DNA of 64,000 nt, from positions 4,429-68,428 of the forward strand of contig JBBIJR010000001.1 in the NCBI GenBank assembly GCA_037445875.1, read 5' to 3'. This document shows, piece after piece, positions 8,374-19,006 of this stretch. This DNA is from Bacteroidota bacterium (GTDB lineage: Bacteria; CLD3; SB21). The notes under the pieces were generated by a model, which saw only the letters and a list, made by a program, of their open reading frames with translations, searched no databases and was not told the origin of the DNA. Both the position numbers and the translations under genes were made by a program. The first letter of the stretch is position 1. The number at the start of each line of letters is the position of its first letter.

Positions 8374-11300
8374 TCACGCGTAGGTCAACCGCTCCGACGG
8401 CAACAGGACTTCAAAGACCGAGCCTTCGCCGGGCGTCGACCGCACCTCGATCTTCCCGCCGTGGCGTTGAACGATCCCGTACGCCTCGGACAGTCCCAGA
8501 CCGTACCCTCTCCCTACCTCGCGTGTCGTGAAAAACGGATCGAAAATCTTGTCGACATGCTCGGGGGGAATACCCACGCCGTTGTCCCGGATCCGAATCG
8601 TAACCCAGCGCCGCTGGCCAACCGTCTGCTCGCCGGTTGAAATCCATATCGTTCCACCGTCCGCGCGTTTGTCCTGGATCGCCTGAACGGCGTTGGTCAG
8701 TAGGTTCAGGATGGCCAGGTGAAATTGTCCGGTGAAGAGTCGAACCGGCGGAAGTTGTGCGAACTCGGTCCGTATGGCAATCGAAGGGAACTGGCCGAGG
8801 AACAGGTCGACGATCGTCTGAATCGACTGGGTCAGGTCCACGGTCCGCTCTTCCGGAGCGTCGAGATTGGAGAAGCGGAATAAATTACTCAGGATCTTCT
8901 TGATCCGCTGACCGCCGCCCATGGAAGCCTGCAGGGAGCGCTCCAACTCCTCGCGGTCCATGCTCCCCGTTTCACGCAACAAACCCTGGGCGTGTTCCAG
9001 ATTGCCCAGCATCACGCCGAGCGGGTTGTTGAGTTCGTGGGCCATGCCCGCCACGAGACGGCCCAGCGACGCCATCTTCTCGGCACGCATGATCTGCAGT
9101 TGCTGCTGCTTGATCTGCTCGTTCTTCTCGCGGATTTCCCGTGTCCGGCTTTCCACAAGTCGTTCGAGTTCGGCTTGCCGCTTTTCGATCGCGCGCATGC
9201 GTCCCCGGTAGATGAAGATCGCCCCCGCCGCTAACAGGGCCAGTCCCGCAAGTTTGAACCACGTCGCCTTCCAGAACGGCGGATGCACGATCAGGGGAAC
9301 TCGCAGCACCCGGTCGCTCCAGATGCCGTCCGGGTTCGCCGCACGTACTTCGAAAACGTACTCGCCGCCGGGCAGGTTCGTGTAGGAAACAAATCTCCGC
9401 GTCGTGGCCAGTTGCCAGCGGTCGTCCAGTCCGACCAGACGGGAGGAAAATGTGTTTCGCTCGGGTTGCGTGAAATCCAGCGCAGTGAATTCCAGCTCGA
9501 TCCGGTTGTCCGGCTCGAACAAGTCGATCGTCGGGACCGTCTGTCCGTTCAGCGGCGCGAAGACCGCACTGTCCCGGATTTTCCAGGAAGTCAGCACGAC
9601 GGGGGGTTGATACGTGCCGGTCCTCAGGCTGTCGGGATTGAAACGGTTGTACCCGTTGATACCGCCGAACCACAGGTCGCCGCGTGAGTCCGCGAGGAAG
9701 GCGCCGGTGAATTCGTTGCTTTGCAGACCATCCTGCGCCGTGTACGTCCGGACGGATTCGTTGACCGGATCGAAGCGAACGAGACCGCGGTGCGTGGTCA
9801 TCCAGAGATAACCCGGCCGGTCTTCCACGATGGCGTACACGACGTTGCTCGGCCATCCGTCCTGTTCCGTGTACCTCTTCCACGTATTCCCGGCGAGATC
9901 CAGCCGATTGAGTCCTCCGCCATACGTGCCGATCCATACGGTTCCCCTGCGGTCGCGATGCACCGCATAGACGCGGTTATCGGACAGTCCGGACGGATTG
10001 GAATCGTGATGCGTATAGTGCACGGTTTGCTGGGTCCGCGGGTCGAAAGCGTACAGCCCCTGGCCTTCCGTGCCCACCCAGATGCGCCCGTCGCGGTCTT
10101 CGTACAGTACGTACACAAGCGCCGACAGCGACGGGCCGTCCGGGTCCCGCTCCAGCGGGACACGTTCCACCTTTCCCGATGCCGCCGGACGGCGGAACAC
10201 GCCCGAACCCCACGTTCCGATCCAGAGGTGACCGCCGCGGTCTTCCAGCAACGCGGACGCCGAAGGATACCTTCCGCCGGGCGTGGTCGTCACAGCGATC
10301 TCGACTGCGGCAAACGGAGTTCCTCGAACCGACACCGCCAGCGGTCTATACAGCGTGCCTGCCCACAGACGGCCGGAACGGTCTTTGCACAGCGACCACA
10401 CGTACGAACTCATGAAGCCCGCCGTCGGCACTCGGGTTACAGCCCCGGAACGATCGTGGCGGAAGAGACCGCTGCCCCACGTACCGACGAACACGCTTCC
10501 ACCATCGCCTTCTGCGAACGACCACACCGTGCGGTTGCTTTCTTTTTCGTGGGGGGCAGGCAGCGAATAATGGCGGAACCGGTTCCGGCCCAAACCGCCC
10601 GGGTGGAACCTGCACACACCGCCCAGGCTCGTTCCTATCCACAGGTTGCCCGCCCGGTCCTGGTAGATGGCCCGCACGTCGTTCGCCGGGAGCGAGTTCG
10701 GATCGGACGCGTTGAACGTGTAGCGCTCGAAAAGCATGGTGCCGGCATCGTTCCCGCGTGCCCGATTCAACCCACCACCCGTGCCGACCCACATCGTACC
10801 CGCCCTGTCGCGGAAAATCCGCAGCACTCGGTCGTCCGAGAGGCTGCCCGGTACGTCGGACCGATACGCGTGCCGGACGAACCGGCCGGGCGATGTCATG
10901 ACATTCAGTCCGCCTCCCAATGTACCGATCCAGAGCCTGCCGTCGGCATCCTGCCCCAGATCGATCACGGAATTCTCACTGAGCGAATGCGGATCGGCCG
11001 CGTCACGTACGTACGTCGTGGCGTGTCCGTTGCGGCGATCCAGGCGCACGAGTCCGCGGGAGGTCCCGGCCCACACTACGTCGTTGCCGATCCACACGGC
11101 GTTCACCTGCGGAGGCGGTTCCCGTCCCAACGGCATGCGACGGATTCTTCCGCCGGCCAGCTCCACGACGTCGAGTCCCCCGTTGGTGCCCACCCACAGC
11201 AGACTGTCGCCGTCAAGGCTCAGGCAGAGGATCCGATTGTGGCTGAGCGAGGCTGGATCCGCCGGGTGGTGCCGGTAGACCGTGACATGCGGCGGATCCT

Positions 11301-11646
11301 GCGCGGCGTCGATGCGGTGCAGTCCTCCGGCATCGGTTCCTACCCACAGTACGCGCCCGCGCTGCCAGACGAAACACATGATGAAATTGTCCGTGACCAG
11401 CGGCGACGGTCCGGAATTGCGAAACACACGGAACTCATAGCCGTCGAACCGGTTGAGTCCGTCGGCGGTGGCGAGCCACAGGAACCCGTCTTCGTCCTCA
11501 CCCAGGTCGAACACCTGGCTCTGCGACAGGCCCTCGTCGAGCGAGTATCGGTCGAACTTCAGCGGCATCTCCTGCGCCGCGGCGAAAGAGGCCGGGAGAA
11601 CCAAGCCGATGAGCCATCGGACAACGCCGGAGAACGGTCGCACCAT
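8374..11646 (-). CDS. Hybrid-type sensor histidine kinase with N-terminal two-component regulator propeller (Reg_prop) repeats and a Y_Y_Y domain
   Basis: Signal peptide, then more than 12 repeats of D..G.LW.GT..GL..., then a Y_Y_Y-like segment, a TM helix, a coiled coil, the HisKA H-box MAHELNNPL, and HATPase_c boxes DNGVGIP / GYGLGLS. Confidence 0.85.
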   Translation of the reverse strand: MVRPFSGVVRWLIGLVLPASFAAAQEMPLKFDRYSLDEGLSQSQVFDLGEDEDGFLWLATADGLNRFDGYEFRVFRNSGPSPLVTDNFIMCFVWQRGRVLWVGTDAGGLHRIDAAQDPPHVTVYRHHPADPASLSHNRILCLSLDGDSLLWVGTNGGLDVVELAGGRIRRMPLGREPPPQVNAVWIGNDVVWAGTSRGLVRLDRRNGHATTYVRDAADPHSLSENSVIDLGQDADGRLWIGTLGGGLNVMTSPGRFVRHAYRSDVPGSLSDDRVLRIFRDRAGTMWVGTGGGLNRARGNDAGTMLFERYTFNASDPNSLPANDVRAIYQDRAGNLWIGTSLGGVCRFHPGGLGRNRFRHYSLPAPHEKESNRTVWSFAEGDGGSVFVGTWGSGLFRHDRSGAVTRVPTAGFMSSYVWSLCKDRSGRLWAGTLYRPLAVSVRGTPFAAVEIAVTTTPGGRYPSASALLEDRGGHLWIGTWGSGVFRRPAASGKVERVPLERDPDGPSLSALVYVLYEDRDGRIWVGTEGQGLYAFDPRTQQTVHYTHHDSNPSGLSDNRVYAVHRDRRGTVWIGTYGGGLNRLDLAGNTWKRYTEQDGWPSNVVYAIVEDRPGYLWMTTHRGLVRFDPVNESVRTYTAQDGLQSNEFTGAFLADSRGDLWFGGINGYNRFNPDSLRTGTYQPPVVLTSWKIRDSAVFAPLNGQTVPTIDLFEPDNRIELEFTALDFTQPERNTFSSRLVGLDDRWQLATTRRFVSYTNLPGGEYVFEVRAANPDGIWSDRVLRVPLIVHPPFWKATWFKLAGLALLAAGAIFIYRGRMRAIEKRQAELERLVESRTREIREKNEQIKQQQLQIMRAEKMASLGRLVAGMAHELNNPLGVMLGNLEHAQGLLRETGSMDREELERSLQASMGGGQRIKKILSNLFRFSNLDAPEERTVDLTQSIQTIVDLFLGQFPSIAIRTEFAQLPPVRLFTGQFHLAILNLLTNAVQAIQDKRADGGTIWISTGEQTVGQRRWVTIRIRDNGVGIPPEHVDKIFDPFFTTREVGRGYGLGLSEAYGIVQRHGGKIEVRSTPGEGSVFEVLLPSERLTYA

Positions 11647-11649
11647 GCA

Positions 11650-12519
11650 TCAAGTGTTGGTTTGGGTCAGGAACTGATAGATCGCCGAAAAATCCCTGTC
11701 GGCAAAGCCGCGGCCGCGCGCGAGTCCGTAGACCTGCTTCGCCGCGCCGAGCAACAGCAGCGGCACGACGTTCTCGTACGCCGCCTCGTCGGCCAGCTGC
11801 AGGTCCTTGTGCATCCACTGCAGGGGAAATTCGGGTTCGTAGTCTCCCCGTTCGATCTTGCCGCGTTTGAGCCCGAGGAACGGCGCCGTCACGGGGAGGT
11901 TGAGCAGCGTATCGAGCAATGTTTTCTGTGAAAGGCCGAGCGCCTGGCCCAGCACGAGCCCTTCGGCGAAGGCCAGCATCGACGAGGCGAGCATCGAATT
12001 GACCACGAGTTTCATGGACGCTCCGCAACCGTGGCCGCCGACGTGCACAATCGCACGGCCCATTGCTTCGAACAGCGGCCGGCACGTTTCGACGTCTTCC
12101 GCTTCGCCTCCCACGAGAAAGACCAACTGTCCGTTCTCCGCAGGAATCTTCGAGCCGGCCACGGGGGCATCGAGGAACCTAATACCTTTGCCGCGGCAAA
12201 GGCCGGCCATCCGGTGCGACAGCGCCGGGCTCACGGTGGAGCAGTCCACCCAGATCGCGTCCGGCCGCAGGGCGTTCACGAAGCCGCTTTCCCCCAGCGC
12301 CTTCACTTCGACCACCTCCGGCGTAGAGAGCATGGTGAACAGCACGTCGCATTCTGCCGCGGCATCGGCCACGCTGGGCGCCCAGTCCGCGCCTGCATCG
12401 AGCAAGGCCCGGGCCTTGTCGAGCGTGCGATTGTGAACGATCAGATCAAATCCCTTTTTCTGTAGATTGGCCGCCATGCGGCTTCCCATGATGCCAAGAC
12501 CGATGAATCCGATTTTCAT
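11650..12519 (-). CDS. NAD(P)-dependent oxidoreductase, 3-hydroxyisobutyrate dehydrogenase (HIBADH) family
   Basis: MKIGFIGLGIMGSRMAANL Rossmann motif and the HIBADH-family catalytic region GASMKLVVN; 4 nt upstream of the sensor kinase. Confidence 0.8.
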   Translation of the reverse strand: MKIGFIGLGIMGSRMAANLQKKGFDLIVHNRTLDKARALLDAGADWAPSVADAAAECDVLFTMLSTPEVVEVKALGESGFVNALRPDAIWVDCSTVSPALSHRMAGLCRGKGIRFLDAPVAGSKIPAENGQLVFLVGGEAEDVETCRPLFEAMGRAIVHVGGHGCGASMKLVVNSMLASSMLAFAEGLVLGQALGLSQKTLLDTLLNLPVTAPFLGLKRGKIERGDYEPEFPLQWMHKDLQLADEAAYENVVPLLLLGAAKQVYGLARGRGFADRDFSAIYQFLTQTNT

Positions 12520-12883
12520 GTGTACCTCGTGTGTTGGAATGTCCGGCCGTGGGCCAGCGCTGCAAGGTGATCGTCAACCGGTGATCCGGAGTGTACCTCA
12601 CAATATCAAAATCGCCCGCGTCTTTCAAGGACGAAAACGGGTTTCTATTGTTGGTCATGGGCCATGCACGCTCAACCCCTCTACTGGCTCAGTATTCGGA
12701 ATTCGTCGGGCCACCTGCTCGATGCGGCTCTCACTCTGCGTTTATCGACTGACCGTAAGTTGAAGCTTGTTTTACCGATCCAGGAAATGTACACTCTGTA
12801 TGTACGCTGTGTGTGTGCCGTCGGGCAGGTTTCATAGTCGAAACGCTTCTCTTTTCGTTAACCTATTCCCTGAAAGGAGCGAT

Positions 12884-13879
12884 ATGAGAAAACTGGTTGG
12901 GACACTTTTTCTTGCAGCAGTCCTGTTGGGCTGCGCAGAATCGGAAAACAAGCCTTTCCATTCTCTGATTTTCGTATCAAATGTCGATTCCGACGATATC
13001 TCCGTAATCGACGCCGTGACGATGGAAGTCACCACCCTCAATGCAACCGCCTTGTCTTTTGGCCTGAACGAACCCAGAAATCTTGCTGCGGACGGCAGCG
13101 GCGCGGTTGTCTACATTCCGGGACGCTTTTCGAATAATATTGTCGTTCTGGATGCCTCTGCACCCGCTTTGGAGCAGGAGATTGCCGGTACCGATTTCGA
13201 CGAGCCCTATGCGGTCGCGTTTTCTGCCACCGAAGCATGGGTGGTCAACAAAAAGGGCGGCGGGAGCTCCGTTGGCTCCGTGACGGTCATCAACATATCG
13301 TCTCGTGAGGTTGTTACGACGATCGATGATTCTTCGTTTTCCTCTCCGGAAGGTATTGCCATCGCCAACGGAAAGGCCTATGTGGCCAACCGTGGCAACG
13401 GCGCCGTCTCCATCGTGAGCATCTCGACCCGCTCCGTCCTTGACACCCTGATGCCGGGAGGAGAACCCCGCTACGCCGTCGCTACATCTGGCGGGGAATT
13501 CGTTTTCATTTCCAACTCTTCAGGAACCATCACAAAGATCAGAACCTCCGACGATGCCGTGGTCGGAACCGTAGGTGTGTACGGCAGTCGCAATCTGGCT
13601 CTGTCGCCTGACGGAAGCAAGCTGTACGCCGGAACGCAAAGTAATTCGATCGCCATTGTCAACACCGGCACATCCGATATAACCACGCTCACCGTACCCG
13701 GTGCGTTTTCCATTTACGGTGTCGCCATAGCCCGATCGGGTGACAGAGGATTTGCGACGGACGAGTCGAGAGACGTTGTGTATGTTTTCGATGCCGCGAT
13801 GGATACCCTACTGACCGCAGCGGGCAATCCCATAGAGCTTTCCGTCGGAAGTACACCGAGAGCGCTCGCAGCCAACTGA
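12884..13879 (+). CDS. Lipoprotein with YVTN-family beta-propeller repeats
   Basis: aaaggag RBS, signal peptide with a lipobox (LAAVLLGCAES), and repeated ~40-aa units with the Y-V-x-N pattern (KAYVANRGNGAVSIVS...). Confidence 0.65.
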   Translation: MRKLVGTLFLAAVLLGCAESENKPFHSLIFVSNVDSDDISVIDAVTMEVTTLNATALSFGLNEPRNLAADGSGAVVYIPGRFSNNIVVLDASAPALEQEIAGTDFDEPYAVAFSATEAWVVNKKGGGSSVGSVTVINISSREVVTTIDDSSFSSPEGIAIANGKAYVANRGNGAVSIVSISTRSVLDTLMPGGEPRYAVATSGGEFVFISNSSGTITKIRTSDDAVVGTVGVYGSRNLALSPDGSKLYAGTQSNSIAIVNTGTSDITTLTVPGAFSIYGVAIARSGDRGFATDESRDVVYVFDAAMDTLLTAAGNPIELSVGSTPRALAAN

Positions 13880-14298
13880 TCAGGCCGCCGGTCCGTCCGA
13901 AGGTCGCGACCCATCCACAAACGGAGGAGCGTTACCCGTCTCCCCTCTTTGCCGTATCATCGGCAAGGAGGGGTACGGGGCACTTGACGCCTAAGTGATC
14001 GTATAGCCTCCGCACGAAGCAAGGGCTCGTCCCTTATGGACTTCAGAGCCTCTTGCCCGACCTGCAACAAATAACCACCGGCACCCCTCTTGACTGAACA
14101 GTCCCGTGGGAACGAGATGCTGTGGACAAACACCATGGAAAGTGGATGACCGTCTCGTAGGACGGAGGGACGAAATAGGTTTTGGAACGGTTCGCCGGTC
14201 ACCGCAGCAGGAAAACACCAACCGTCGAACCGGCCAAACGTCGGATGGCAGTTGATCTCCGTTCAGGTGGGAAGGGTATTGCCGTAGTGCGGGAACGC

Positions 14299-15245
14299 CT
14301 ACAACGTCTTCACATGCACTTCGTCGTGGCCTTCGATAGGCTCGAGATGGGTAAGGATTTCGACTTCTTCGGGAAAGGTTTGCTGGATGCGCTTTTCGAT
14401 GCCGGTGGCCTGTTCGTGCGCCTGGGCGATCGAGATGCCGGCGGGGAACAACAGGTGCACTTCGATATTGAGTTTCGTCCCCGCGTTGCGGTGGCGCAGA
14501 TCGTGATAGCGTATGCCGAGCCGCCCGGCCTCTTCTTCCAGCAGCGCCACGAGCCGCTCGTGCACGCCGGGGTCGGCCTCGTCCATGAGTCCGCCGACCG
14601 ACCGCCGCATGAGCTTCCCTCCGGACCAGAGGATGTTCAATGCGACGAGGATCGCGACGATCGGATCGAACTCCCGCCGGCCCGTGGCCATTACGAGCGC
14701 CAATCCGACGATTACTCCGAGGCTCGTCCAGCTGTCCGTCAGGACGTGCTTTCCGTTGGCTTCGAGGATGAGGAACGGTACTTCCTGCCCTTGTGCACGA
14801 GATACCATCCGAGCACGGCGTTGACGACGGTGGCCAGCGCGACCCAGAGGGTCCCTTCGTCGATGCGCTCGATCTTCAGCCCTGCGATCCATTTCATCAC
14901 CGCTTCGTAGAGGATAAAGAGCGCGGCAATTACGATCATCGCGCCTTCGAAGCCCGCAGAGAAGAAACTGATCCGGTCGTGGCCGAATTGATGTCCCTGG
15001 TCGGGCGGCTGCGCGCTGAGCCAGAGGCTGTACGCCGCAAACGAGACGGCCAGCACATGGACGACCGACTCCGCCGCATCGGACAGAATGGCCGCGGAGC
15101 CCGTGATGAGATACGCATAGACCTTGGAGGCGAACATGAAAAAACCCACCCACAACGACCATCGCATCGCGGTGCGCGTATCGCGTAACGCGCGCTCATC
15201 GCGTTCGGGCGAGTCCAGCAAACGGTGGGGGTTAGCGGGAGACAT
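14299..15245 (-). pseudogene. Cation diffusion facilitator (CzcD-like) transporter interrupted by a frameshift
   Basis: The N-terminal 168 aa (TM1-4, ...VHKGRKY) are in ORF 14739..15245. The C-terminal part (SLILEANGKHVLTDSWTSLGVIVGLAL... through the cytoplasmic domain) continues in a different frame (ORF 14299..15162). The junction lies near 14773-14795. Confidence 0.55.
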
Positions 15246-15262
15246 GAAAGGTGACCCGGAGA

Positions 15263-16711
15263 CTATGCGCTCACTCGCGCGATGGCCGTCCGCAGCCGCC
15301 GCACGACGGCTTCACGCCCCAGAACCTCGAGCATCTCGAAGAGGCCCGGGCCGAGCGTAACGCCGGACACCGCCAGCCGAACGGGATGAATCAGATCGCT
15401 GGCCTTGATCGAAAGCGCCTCGGCGCAATCACGGAACACGGCCTCGAGCGCGTCGTGGGTAAACGACGGGACTTTATCCAATTCATCGGTCAAACGAACG
15501 AGATGGGACTTCGTCTCGGGTTTCCATCGCTTTCGGACGCCGTCGGGATCATACGAGTCGGGATCTTGGAAGAAGTAACCGGAGAACGTTACGATCTCGC
15601 CGACGAAGTTGATCCGCTCCTTCATCAAGGCAATGACCCGGAGAACGTACTCCCGCGGAAACGAAGAGAGACCCGATCGCTCGAGTTCCCCGGACAGCAG
15701 TTCGTAGATTTCATCGTCCGTCTTGCGGCGGATGTGCATCGTATTGAGCCAGTTCAGCTTCTCGAGATTGAATACGGCGCCGGCCTTGTGGATCCGGTCG
15801 ATCGAAAACTCGCGGATGAGCTCCTCCATCGTGAAAATTTCGCGCTCGTCGCCCGGGTTCCAACCGAGCAGCGCGATGAAATTCACCAGCGCTTCGCGCA
15901 GATATCCTTTCGGAGGATAGGCGCGGGCCTCGACGTCACCCTGACGCTTGCTCATCTTGCTGCGGTCCGGGTTGAGCAGCAGAGGGAGGTGGGCGAACTG
16001 CGGGACTTCCCAGCCGAAGTACCGGTACAGCAGCACATGCTTGGGCGTGCTGGACACCCATTCCTCGCCGCGGATGACGTGGGAGATTTGCATGTAGTGA
16101 TCGTCGACGACGTTGGCGAGATGATACGTGGGATAGCCGTCCGACTTGAGCAGCACCTGGTCGTCGATGTTGAAACTGGAGAACGCGACCTCGCCTCGGA
16201 TGAGATCGCTGAAACCCACCGTGGCATCGTCGGGCACTCTCATTCGGACCGTGTGCGGCTCCCCCGCTTCGAGTTTCTTCCGCGCCTCCTCGGCAGACAA
16301 CCTCAGGCACGTCCGGTCGTACTTCGGCGGCAGTTTGGATTTCTCCTGGAACTTCCTCATCTGGTCGAGCCGTTCGGCCGTGCAGAAGCACCGGTATGCC
16401 TTGCCCTCCTCGAGCAGGCGATCCACGTGCTGCCGGTACAGGTCCAGCCGCTCCGACTGGTAGTACGGCCCGAACGGCCCTCCGACGACCGGCCCTTCGT
16501 CGACTTCGATGCCCGCCCAGTTCAACATGTGCATGAAATCCTCGACGGCGCCCTCGACGTATCGCGAGCGGTCTGTGTCCTCGACGCGAAGGACGAACTT
16601 ACCGTCGTGATGGCGGGCAAACAGGTAATTATAGAGGGCTGTTCTCAAACCGCCGATGTGCAAAAAGCCTGTGGGGCTGGGTGCGTATCGCACGCGGACT
16701 TCCGTCGACAT
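15263..16711 (-). CDS. gltX: Glutamate--tRNA ligase
   Basis: RYAPSPTGFLHIGGLRTALYNYLFAR (HIGH motif) and KMSKR motif; class I aaRS of GluRS length. Confidence 0.9.
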   Translation of the reverse strand: MSTEVRVRYAPSPTGFLHIGGLRTALYNYLFARHHDGKFVLRVEDTDRSRYVEGAVEDFMHMLNWAGIEVDEGPVVGGPFGPYYQSERLDLYRQHVDRLLEEGKAYRCFCTAERLDQMRKFQEKSKLPPKYDRTCLRLSAEEARKKLEAGEPHTVRMRVPDDATVGFSDLIRGEVAFSSFNIDDQVLLKSDGYPTYHLANVVDDHYMQISHVIRGEEWVSSTPKHVLLYRYFGWEVPQFAHLPLLLNPDRSKMSKRQGDVEARAYPPKGYLREALVNFIALLGWNPGDEREIFTMEELIREFSIDRIHKAGAVFNLEKLNWLNTMHIRRKTDDEIYELLSGELERSGLSSFPREYVLRVIALMKERINFVGEIVTFSGYFFQDPDSYDPDGVRKRWKPETKSHLVRLTDELDKVPSFTHDALEAVFRDCAEALSIKASDLIHPVRLAVSGVTLGPGLFEMLEVLGREAVVRRLRTAIARVSA

Positions 16712-16735
16712 GCCTGCTCCGTGGGTGCTCTGTGG

Positions 16736-17965
16736 TTAGGTTAGTTTCTGGCGGATGCGCTCAAGGAGAACACGGGCAACGGCCTCCTTGCTCACCAGCG
16801 GGAGCCGTTCGGCTCCTTGTCCGTCGATGAGCGTGACCGCATTGGTGTCCGTTTCGAAACCTGCGCCCGGCTCGCGCGGATTATTGGCCACGACAAGGTC
16901 GAGGTGTTTGTCCTTCAGCTTTGCCGTGGCACGCTCGACGAGGTCTTCCGTCTCCAGTGCAAAACCGACCAGGACCCTGCGGCCTTTCTTGCTGCCCAAC
17001 CGCGCCAGGATATCCGTCGTCGGGACGAGTTCCAGCTGCGGGGCCGCGTTCGCCTTCTTGATCTTCTGCGCTTCCGTGCGGGCCGGTTTGAAATCGGCCA
17101 CGGCGGCGGCCATGACGACCGCATCGCACGCTTCCGCCAATTCCGCCACCCGCGCAGCCATATCGTCGGCCGAAGTGACGGTAACGAACTTCACGTCCGG
17201 CGGCGGGGTCAGATGCGACGGGCCGCTTACGAGTACGACCTCGGCTCCGCGCAGGACCGCCTCACGCGCGATCGCGTAGCCCATTCTGCCCGAGGAGAGG
17301 TTCGTCAACACTCGCACGGGATCCATGAACTCACGTGTCGGACCAGCGGTCACAAGTATCTTCCTTCCGCGGAACGCGTCGTCTCCAAGGAGCACCTTTT
17401 CCGTCTCCCAGTAGATGCGCTCCAGGTCGGCCAGACGGCCGATGCCCTCGTATCCCTCAGCGAGGAAACCGAATTCGGGCTCGACGAACCTTACGCCATG
17501 CGTTCGCAGTTTCTGCACATTCTCCTGCACGATCGGATTCGTCCACATCCCGTCGTTCATGGCCGGCGCCAATACCGTCGGCTTGCGGCAGGCCAGTGCG
17601 ATCGTGGACAGCACGTCGTCCGCGATGCCGTGCGCCATCTTACCGATGATGTTCGCGGTGGCCGGTGCGATCAGCATCACGTCGGGCCATTGGGCCAGAC
17701 GGATGTGCACGGTGCCCGTTGGCTCTGAAAAAGGATCGTAGGGGGGAAAAAGTTCGGTGGTGACGTTGTGGTTCGAAAGTGTCTCGACGGTCAGCGGGGT
17801 GACGAATTCACACGCTGTGCGGGTCATGACGGCACGCACCTCGGCGCCGCCCTTCACGAAGTGCCTGATGGCCTCACACGTTTTGTAAGCGCTGATCCCG
17901 CCGGAAATCCCGAGAAGAATTTTCTTTCCCCGGTAGCGTGCGCCGTCGTCGACCGATGGGTCCAT
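16736..17965 (-). CDS. coaBC: Bifunctional phosphopantothenoylcysteine decarboxylase / phosphopantothenate--cysteine ligase
   Basis: N-terminal flavoprotein domain (KKILLGISGGISAYK) and C-terminal DFP/CoaB domain; ~409 aa. Confidence 0.9.
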   Translation of the reverse strand: MDPSVDDGARYRGKKILLGISGGISAYKTCEAIRHFVKGGAEVRAVMTRTACEFVTPLTVETLSNHNVTTELFPPYDPFSEPTGTVHIRLAQWPDVMLIAPATANIIGKMAHGIADDVLSTIALACRKPTVLAPAMNDGMWTNPIVQENVQKLRTHGVRFVEPEFGFLAEGYEGIGRLADLERIYWETEKVLLGDDAFRGRKILVTAGPTREFMDPVRVLTNLSSGRMGYAIAREAVLRGAEVVLVSGPSHLTPPPDVKFVTVTSADDMAARVAELAEACDAVVMAAAVADFKPARTEAQKIKKANAAPQLELVPTTDILARLGSKKGRRVLVGFALETEDLVERATAKLKDKHLDLVVANNPREPGAGFETDTNAVTLIDGQGAERLPLVSKEAVARVLLERIRQKLT

Positions 17966-17983
17966 AGGGCACTCGCCACTCCC

Positions 17984-18268
17984 TTACTCGTCTTCCTGCT
18001 CGATGTATTCGTATTCGATGGAGTTGGCTACGAGTTCGTTCAGCGCCTGCACTACGGGCTTAGGCAGTTTGTCGAGATCGACCAGGTCTTCCCGGTTTAT
18101 TTCCGTTTCCTCCGTCTCGTTGACTTCCGTTCCTTCCGTCAACGTACGAACCTGAACCATCTGGTCATCGTTGATCTGCCTTGCGCGCTTGGCTGCTATG
18201 ATGACAGCCTCGTACACATTCTGCACCTTACCTTCGATACGGTCGAAGGGAAAAGCTTTGACCGGCAT
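17984..18268 (-). CDS. rpoZ: DNA-directed RNA polymerase subunit omega
   Basis: NVYEAVIIAAKRARQINDD is the omega core motif, followed by an acidic C-terminal tail. Start chosen at MPVKAF (ATG 18268-18266). Confidence 0.75.
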   Translation of the reverse strand: MPVKAFPFDRIEGKVQNVYEAVIIAAKRARQINDDQMVQVRTLTEGTEVNETEETEINREDLVDLDKLPKPVVQALNELVANSIEYEYIEQEDE

Positions 18269-18339
18269 GCACTTACTCCTTCTTGCTGTGAGGATTCTTC
18301 GCAAAGCCAACCCGAGTGTTAGGTCCCAACCCGGCACCC

Positions 18340-18905
18340 AATTCGGGCTGCAAATATATGATATTTAATGCCGCTAAGCAATACCTAAAAACAACCCAAT
18401 AAGCATTTGCGCAGTCTGGAGTTTATTCTATATAAAACAATTATTTGCGATAGATTTCAGTCACTGCGAGACAGCTTGGACTTATGTGCTTTATTGTTAA
18501 TTACTTAGCTGCGGGAGCGCGCGGTTTACGATGCGGTATTTTCGGTGCGATCGCAAAAACCCTACGCAAGCAAGCAATGATTTAACAATAGTATACAACG
18601 TCAATTCCTCTCATGTGGATAAAAAAACTTGACAATCATAGACCCTTTCTTAAATTAACGATTGTGTGGAGTTGAGAGAGGATTCTGTGAATAACTTGTG
18701 GAATGTTAATAAGATGTTTCGTAATTGGTCTCGCCTGTTAATAATCCCGAAACACTGAATGGTGCAGATTTCTTCACGCGATATTCACAAGTTATTGTTT
18801 AGTAATCAATTACGCTTCTCTCGGTTCCTTTCCAGTCTTCCACTACATATCCTCCTGGGTATAGCTGTTCTTTAATTTTCAATCATCACTGAAATGTGAA
18901 TAAGT
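18340..18905. other. oriC: Chromosomal replication origin (oriC) region: AT-rich, with DnaA boxes
   Basis: The only strongly AT-rich stretch in the window, immediately upstream of dnaA. Perfect DnaA box TTATCCACA (as tgtggataa) at 18614-18622. Single-mismatch boxes at 18686-18694 (tgtgaataa), 18781-18789 (atattcaca) and 18895-18903 (tgtgaataa). A-tracts and a T/A-rich segment at 18410-18470 are a possible unwinding element. Confidence 0.6.
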
Positions 18906-19006
18906 GTCTTGAAGAGGGGAGCATGGTCGAATACTCGTTGGCGCAGAATTACTCTGCAAGCTTAGGTCAACACCATGGGGATGGGAGTTCGGAAGGGGTT
19001 CTTCAG

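Noticed and set aside
9721-11931. 736-aa plus-strand ORF antisense to the hybrid sensor kinase
   Set aside because: It is entirely antisense to a gene with unmistakable repeat and kinase motifs. The translation is Arg/Pro/Gly/Val-rich with no recognisable domain. It is a common artefact of high GC.
15251-16744. 497-aa plus-strand ORF antisense to gltX
   Set aside because: It is antisense to GluRS, which has HIGH and KMSKS motifs. It has no motifs of its own.
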